This document shows, one piece after another, positions 59,148-64,000 of a stretch of DNA of 64,000 nt. The translations under genes were made by a program, and so were the position numbers. How positions within the stretch are numbered: position 1 is the first letter of the stretch; each line of letters begins with the position of its first letter. The DNA is from Diplonema japonicum (taxonomy: Eukaryota > Protista > Euglenozoa: Diplonemea). The stretch is taken from assembly GCA_964019335.1 (NCBI GenBank), contig OZ025761.1:1-64000 (forward strand), given 5' to 3'. Below the pieces are notes generated by a model. The model made no database searches. It was given only the letters and a program-made list of their open reading frames with translations, and was not told where the DNA came from.

Positions 59148-59355
59148 AAAAAAAAAAAGAAGAAAAGAGTTTTTAAAAAAGCTGTGAATGTTTTTTTTTT
59201 TTTTTTTTTTTGCTTGGCACAAAGTTGCATTTTGTTATAAAATCTTTTTTTTTTTTTTGAAAGATAAATGTTTGTAACAAAAAAAGGGGGGGGGGGTCGG
59301 GAGGGTCTGGGGCTGGTTTGGGTGAAGGTATATGGTCACAAGGCCTTAGAAAAGC

Positions 59356-59392
<37 letters not shown>

Positions 59393-59668
59393 CAACGTTA
59401 GTTCTCGCAAACAGCGTGCAGGTGAAACTATGTTTGTTGAAGTAGGGTCGATCTTTAGGCTTCCACCGAGCAATGCCCACCCTTGCGTCCCTGAAAAAAA
59501 GTCTACGGTGTACGTTCGGTATACACGTATGTACGGCCGTACGGCAAAAGTAGCCCTGGGTAGTGATGATTCAAATGGGAAAGTGAGTAGCCTGCAACAA
59601 AAAAAAGGGGGGGAACCTAGCTTTTAACGTCAAGGTAACAGACACAAGTCGTAAAAGTACATGGCACA

Positions 59669-59703
59669 TGGGGATAGGGATAGGGATAGGGATAGGGATA
59701 GGG
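59669..59703 (+). repeat. (GGGATA)n telomere-variant-like microsatellite, about 5 units
   Basis: Read directly from the sequence. Confidence 0.8.
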
Positions 59704-59863
59704 TGGATGGTGTTTGCAACACATGCACTCCACACATTTTTGAGCCTTTTTTTGTGGGGGGGGGGAGTTAGTGAAACTTTGGACTTCTTTTGGGTATTTC
59801 GTGAATTTCGACTCTTTTCTTGAATTACCCTTTAAAGAAGAGGGAAAAAAAAAAAAAAAAAAT

Positions 59864-59900
59864 CACTATGATAGGAACGAAGTGGTTAGCAATGGCCCGC

Positions 59901-59901
<1 letters not shown>
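59864..59901. repeat. 38-nt motif, copy 5
   Basis: cactatgataggaacgaagtggttagcaatggcccgcc. Confidence 0.9.
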
Positions 59902-59933
<32 letters not shown>

Positions 59934-61214
59934 AAGTACGTGTGGGACAGGCTAAGAGCGGTATGAAGAAAATAATAATAATAATAAAAAATAATAATAA
60001 ACCATAAGACTCAGCAGCTCGAGCGTGACGGCCGAAGAAGGGAGGGTCAACTACCGGCCTTTCTGAGTGGGGGGGGGGGGGGGGGGGGGGCTGTAGTGGT
60101 GTTTATAAAAGATGTTTATTTCGTGCAAAAATATGTTTTACACAATTGCTACACGATTCGTCCTTCAGGGGGGGGGGGGGGGGGGGGGAGGGGGTTGCAA
60201 CGAAAAGTAGAAAAAAAAAAAAGAGAAAAGGAATAATAGATGGGTGTCATATATATTCACTCGGACTTAGTAATCATTGAGCTCGTTGGAAGAGGAAAAG
60301 CACATATAAATTTTAAAGTAGAAATCACGAGTAAAAAAAAAAAAATAAAAAAAAGAAAAAAAAAAAAAACACTCCGAGTGGCTGATTTTTATTTAAAGCA
60401 TAATATTTTTTTATTTAATTTTTGTAAAATTAAATGAGGGAAATTCGGACACCAAGAAAAATAAGGCTAAGTTTTCTAGTTATGTTTCAAAGAGAAAAAA
60501 CGTAACATGCATCAGCCACAGATTCAAAAAAAAAAAAAATTCACTGCGGTGGCGTGCCTACCTTATGATACTCCCCCTTTTTTTGGGGGGGGGGTCGTTC
60601 CCTAAAAAATGAAGACGAAATGCTCAGAGTAAAAACCAAGAGTTTACTTTGCATTTTACAGCACTTTTTTTTTTTTCAAAGCCAAATACGGCCTTTTACT
60701 TTGCACTTTGCATTTACTCGTAATATGATTTCTGATTTTTTTTATGATTCTGCAGAATTTCCCTCATGTAAGTTTTGTGGAATTAAATAATATATATTCT
60801 CTCATTATGAATACTGTAAAGCGAAGAGAGAGAAAAAAAAAGGGGGGGGGAGGGAGGGGGGCTGACAAAAACGTCCGGACGCCAAGAGAGAGAGAAAAAC
60901 TCGGACACTTTTTGTTGGCCCATCGTCGCACTGTTATTTGTTTTTCTTTTTTTTTTTTTTTTTTTTTTTTTTTTGTGTTCCCCTTTTTTCTTCCCCCGTC
61001 TCTTCAACTTCTTCTGTTTTTTTTTTCTTTTTCCACGTGGAACCTACATACCCCCCCCCTTGTTATTTTCTTTCGTTTCTTCTTTGTTTTTTTTTTCTAG
61101 CTTTTTGCTGATCTTGTTTCTTTCCCCAATCCCATTCGATAAAAAAATCTTATGAAGGGGGGGGAGAGAAAACAATTTAAAAAAAATATATATAAATAAA
61201 AAGAGACTATTTAA

Positions 61215-61535
61215 GGGTGCCTGCAGTATGCGGCAGGGCGCCCTGCACAAGTATCGTCTACTTGATTACAGGGGGCGCGCCTCGACCTAGTTGTAGCTTC
61301 TTCTGCGTTCCGCGTCGTGTCCTTAATGCGTGCGGTGTGCAACTCAACCCCAGCCATGGCGCCCCTGGTAACCAAGATTCTGAGCCCGTGCAGTTTGCTG
61401 CCTGTTCGTCACCCTGAGCATCTGCGATACGTTCTTTCGGGCGCTACCAGTGATGACCGACGAGGAGGTCAACAGCGAACAACACATCTGATGTACTTCT
61501 TTATATTGCCATATTTCTGTGTTATCCCCACCACC
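61215..61535 (-). mobile_element. Short retroposon-like element headed by an HDV-like ribozyme (most complete copy)
   Basis: Homologous to 27885-28166, 4413-4521 and 36231-36287. Confidence 0.8.
61397..61535 (-). ncRNA. HDV-like self-cleaving ribozyme
   Basis: P1 GGUGGUG/CAUCACU with G1-U wobble; P2 GCUGUUG/CAGGCAGC; P3 ACC/GGU; L3 UCCUCGUC; P1.1 CC/GG; P4 CGCCC/GGGUG; J4/2 ACGAA. Confidence 0.8.
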
Positions 61536-61553
61536 AATAAAAAAATAGAGCCT

Positions 61554-62684
61554 TTAACACACAATGCAGCCTCCCTCCTTCAACTTGCGTTTCTTCACCG
61601 GTATCCCATCGCACCCCTCCATGAAGCCAGGCCCGACAGAAGCGACCGTGCCTTTCATATGAGAAATATCGACCGCCGTCAGCGAGGAACATCCTGCAAG
61701 GAACGCGGCCCCGATGAGCTTTATGTTCTGAAAACTGCGAAGGTCCAGAGAGGCCAGGGAAGAGCAGTCAGATAAAAAATAATCGCCCACCGAAGAAACC
61801 TGGCTGAGCTGGCTGAGGTTGGCTGAGGTGAGAGAGGTGTTGTTGGAAAGGAAGTGGTGGGACAGCGACTTCAAATTTCGAAGAGGGCTGGTGTCGATCA
61901 CTTTCAGGGACTCGCACTTTGACAAAAAACCCTCCCCCACATACTCCACCCACCGAAGCGGTGCGAGGTTCACCGATCTCAAGCTCGTGCAGCTACTTAA
62001 AAAACAAGAATCAACAGATTTCACATTTCGCAGTGGGCTGAGGTCGATGGTTTCCAGAGACGAACAACAACTGAGGAAACCAAAATCCACCATCTTCATG
62101 TTTTTACATGGTGTCAGGTCGGTCGCCTTGAGAGATGTGCAGCCGTACAAAAAGTATTTCCCGACAGTTAGAACCCCCAACAAAGAAGAAACATCCAACG
62201 TTACAAGGCTCTCACAGTTTTTTAGAAACCCATCGCCGATAGCCTGCACGTCGTTCAGGGGGTCTGCCACCCGGAGGTGTTTCAAGCCTGCTGGTATGTT
62301 TTTCGCTGATATTTTGAGAAAGGTGATGCCTGATGCATCGATTTCGAGGAGGAGGTTGGGGTCTTCCTCCAAGCGCTTAGCCATCACATCTCTTGTGGTT
62401 TTCGTGCACAGGTCGTTCACCGCAACACGCATTTCGCCCTCTTTGCAGCAGAGAAACAGTTCGCATCCCTGCCACATCCCCAGTTGTTGTATTTCTTCTG
62501 TGCCATATGCGTCGTCAAGTACCGTGCCCTCGAAATGTAGAAAGAAGCTGCCTTTGGTTCCCACCTCCAACCCAGCAGCCTCCCCTGCCTTCCTGTACAG
62601 GTCCTTCACAGTGTCATGGCCTTCCAGATCCACCTCGTGTGTCTCCTTGTTTGCCATCTTGACGAACACCGTCAGCAGGCTCAT
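61554..62684 (-). CDS. Ubiquitin-like domain + 25-aa BspA-like LRRs + CaaX, paralogue of 32152-33195
   Basis: Same architecture; ends KKRKLKEGGCIVC. Confidence 0.85.
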   Translation of the reverse strand: MSLLTVFVKMANKETHEVDLEGHDTVKDLYRKAGEAAGLEVGTKGSFFLHFEGTVLDDAYGTEEIQQLGMWQGCELFLCCKEGEMRVAVNDLCTKTTRDVMAKRLEEDPNLLLEIDASGITFLKISAKNIPAGLKHLRVADPLNDVQAIGDGFLKNCESLVTLDVSSLLGVLTVGKYFLYGCTSLKATDLTPCKNMKMVDFGFLSCCSSLETIDLSPLRNVKSVDSCFLSSCTSLRSVNLAPLRWVEYVGEGFLSKCESLKVIDTSPLRNLKSLSHHFLSNNTSLTSANLSQLSQVSSVGDYFLSDCSSLASLDLRSFQNIKLIGAAFLAGCSSLTAVDISHMKGTVASVGPGFMEGCDGIPVKKRKLKEGGCIVC

Positions 62685-62752
62685 TTTTTATTTTATTTAT
62701 TTTTTTTTTTTTTTCCTTCTCCTCCCCCCCCCCCGCCTCCCCACTCTCCTTA

Positions 62753-62819
<67 letters not shown>

Positions 62820-62820
<1 letters not shown>

Positions 62821-63413
62821 TATTTCACTCTTCAGAAATTACTTCACGCACTGGGGGGCCCATTACTTCACGCTAAATCTCATTACTTCACAGTGAAATA
62901 ATGGCCTGTTTTCCGTGAAGTAATAGGGGGTTTCCGTTAAATAATATGCCTCGGTAGGCCAATTTTTGCCTCGGTTCGGTTCCCAGTGGGGCTACTTTTT
63001 CCTCTCAGTTTGCTATTTCCCCCCAGGTTCAGCTCAATTGGCCAACTTTTGCCTCGGCTCAGTTCCAAGTTGGACTACTTTTTCCTCCCAATTTGCCCAC
63101 TTTTGGCTAGGCCTTGTTCCCAGTTTCTGTGGGTAACTCTTCTGTGGGTAAGGGTAACTTAGTCAGCATACCCAAGCACCCCAAAAGACTTCACCGAAGC
63201 AGCAGAAAAAAAGGAGCCAGCGGCCGCGCTAGGTATGGGAAGGCCTGATTAGAGATGGTGACAGTGGCAATGCCAGCGACAGTGGCAGCTCTTAGTCAAC
63301 AAAAGGAGGAAAAACAACTTGTATTGTAACCTTTGTAACCCCTCTCTTGTTGTACCCCTTGTCACCCTGTTGTGCCCCTCGTGGTGAAGTAATTTCAGAG
63401 TGTCGTGAAATAA
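62820..63413. mobile_element. ~600-bp TIR element with TTACTTCAC subterminal repeats
   Basis: ttatttcac..gaaattacttcac / gtgaagtaatttc..gtgaaataa. Confidence 0.65.
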
Positions 63414-63424
63414 AACCACTTACC

Positions 63425-63547
63425 TACCGCCAAGTAATGCTTTACCGACCTCTCGGTTCCGCATTTTACCATCTCGGGCCCTGCAGGCCCTCGACGGTAA
63501 AATGCGGAACCTCGAGGCAACGGTAAACTCATTACTTGTTGGCAGTA
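63425..63547. repeat. ~120-bp foldback hairpin (MITE-like)
   Basis: caagtaatg..tttaccg..ggttccgcattttacc / ggtaaaatgcggaacc..cggtaaa..cattacttg. Confidence 0.8.
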
Positions 63548-63647
63548 AATAGCTATTTTTTTTTTTTTTTTTTTTTTTTTGTCTGACTAGAAAATTAATA
63601 AAAAAAAGAGAAAAAAAAAAAAGAGAAAAAAAAAAGGGGGGGGAATT

Positions 63648-63678
63648 CACTATGATAGGAAACGAGGTGGTTAGCAAC
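63648..63678. repeat. 38-nt motif, copy 6 (truncated)
   Basis: cactatgataggaaacgaggtggttagcaac. Confidence 0.8.
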
Positions 63679-63811
63679 CTCCTCACCGCCTTCTTGTCGA
63701 TGTCAATCGTCGTGTTGACGTTGACCCCCCTACGCCTACGTCCTCTTAGTGTAGCATTCGAAACCAATTGCCAGATAATAAATAACACCCACCCTCCGAC
63801 TCCTTGAACGC

Positions 63812-64000
63812 TCTGAAGGGAGGTGAGGTAAGGGTGACAAGGGGATTCGCATTCAGCTGCCCAGGGTCCGTCCCTCGGAGGTCCCCTTTTGCGACTCGGA
63901 CTCTGTAAATACTGATGCCTCCACTTGAAGAAGGCCAGGGTCCTCCTCCAAACGCCGTTCTATCGCCTTCCTTGTCTCTTCTGAAGACAGCTCCCGTGAA
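63812..64000 (-). pseudogene. Deleted fragment of a Ubl-LRR-CaaX paralogue (runs off the window)
   Basis: Matches 32698-32730 and 32856-32941 with deletions. Confidence 0.7.

Noticed and set aside
59669-59703. Interstitial telomere
   Set aside because: About five ATAGGG units with no TTAGGG; consistent with an ordinary microsatellite.
61819-62901. 360-aa plus-strand ORF and many other plus-strand ORFs
   Set aside because: Antisense shadows of minus-strand genes, or poly-K/F/G/P translations of homopolymers.

Overview
Eukaryotic protist DNA, probably Euglenozoa and diplonemid-like. This is inferred from the almost intron-less genes all on one strand, the TxxP mucin-like surface protein and the EW[ML]Y pseudo-cyclase receptors. 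All credible genes are on the minus strand and are separated by spacers full of long homopolymers, MITEs and short dispersed repeats. Genes: a PHO80/CYCU-like cyclin, six membrane proteins with degenerate class III cyclase domains (three tandem paralogues, one with an ABC-type sugar-binding ectodomain, one with a Cache-like ectodomain, one fused to a MAP3K-like kinase), a TMC channel, a sushi/mucin surface protein, two ubiquitin-like-LRR-CaaX proteins, an APH/EcKinase-like phosphotransferase, and a ~9 kb NO VEIN/sacsin-like ATPase-DUF3883 gene broken by six single-base indels and one intron. The strongest hidden signal is a short retroposon-like family whose 5' end folds as a complete HDV-like self-cleaving ribozyme (61397-61535, minus). 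Homology between copies stops exactly at the predicted cleavage site, and the intact copy begins 18 nt after a stop codon. Also notable: a 38-nt motif present six times in one orientation, and a subterminal motif shared by unrelated DNA transposons. All calls come from manual reading; no searches were run.
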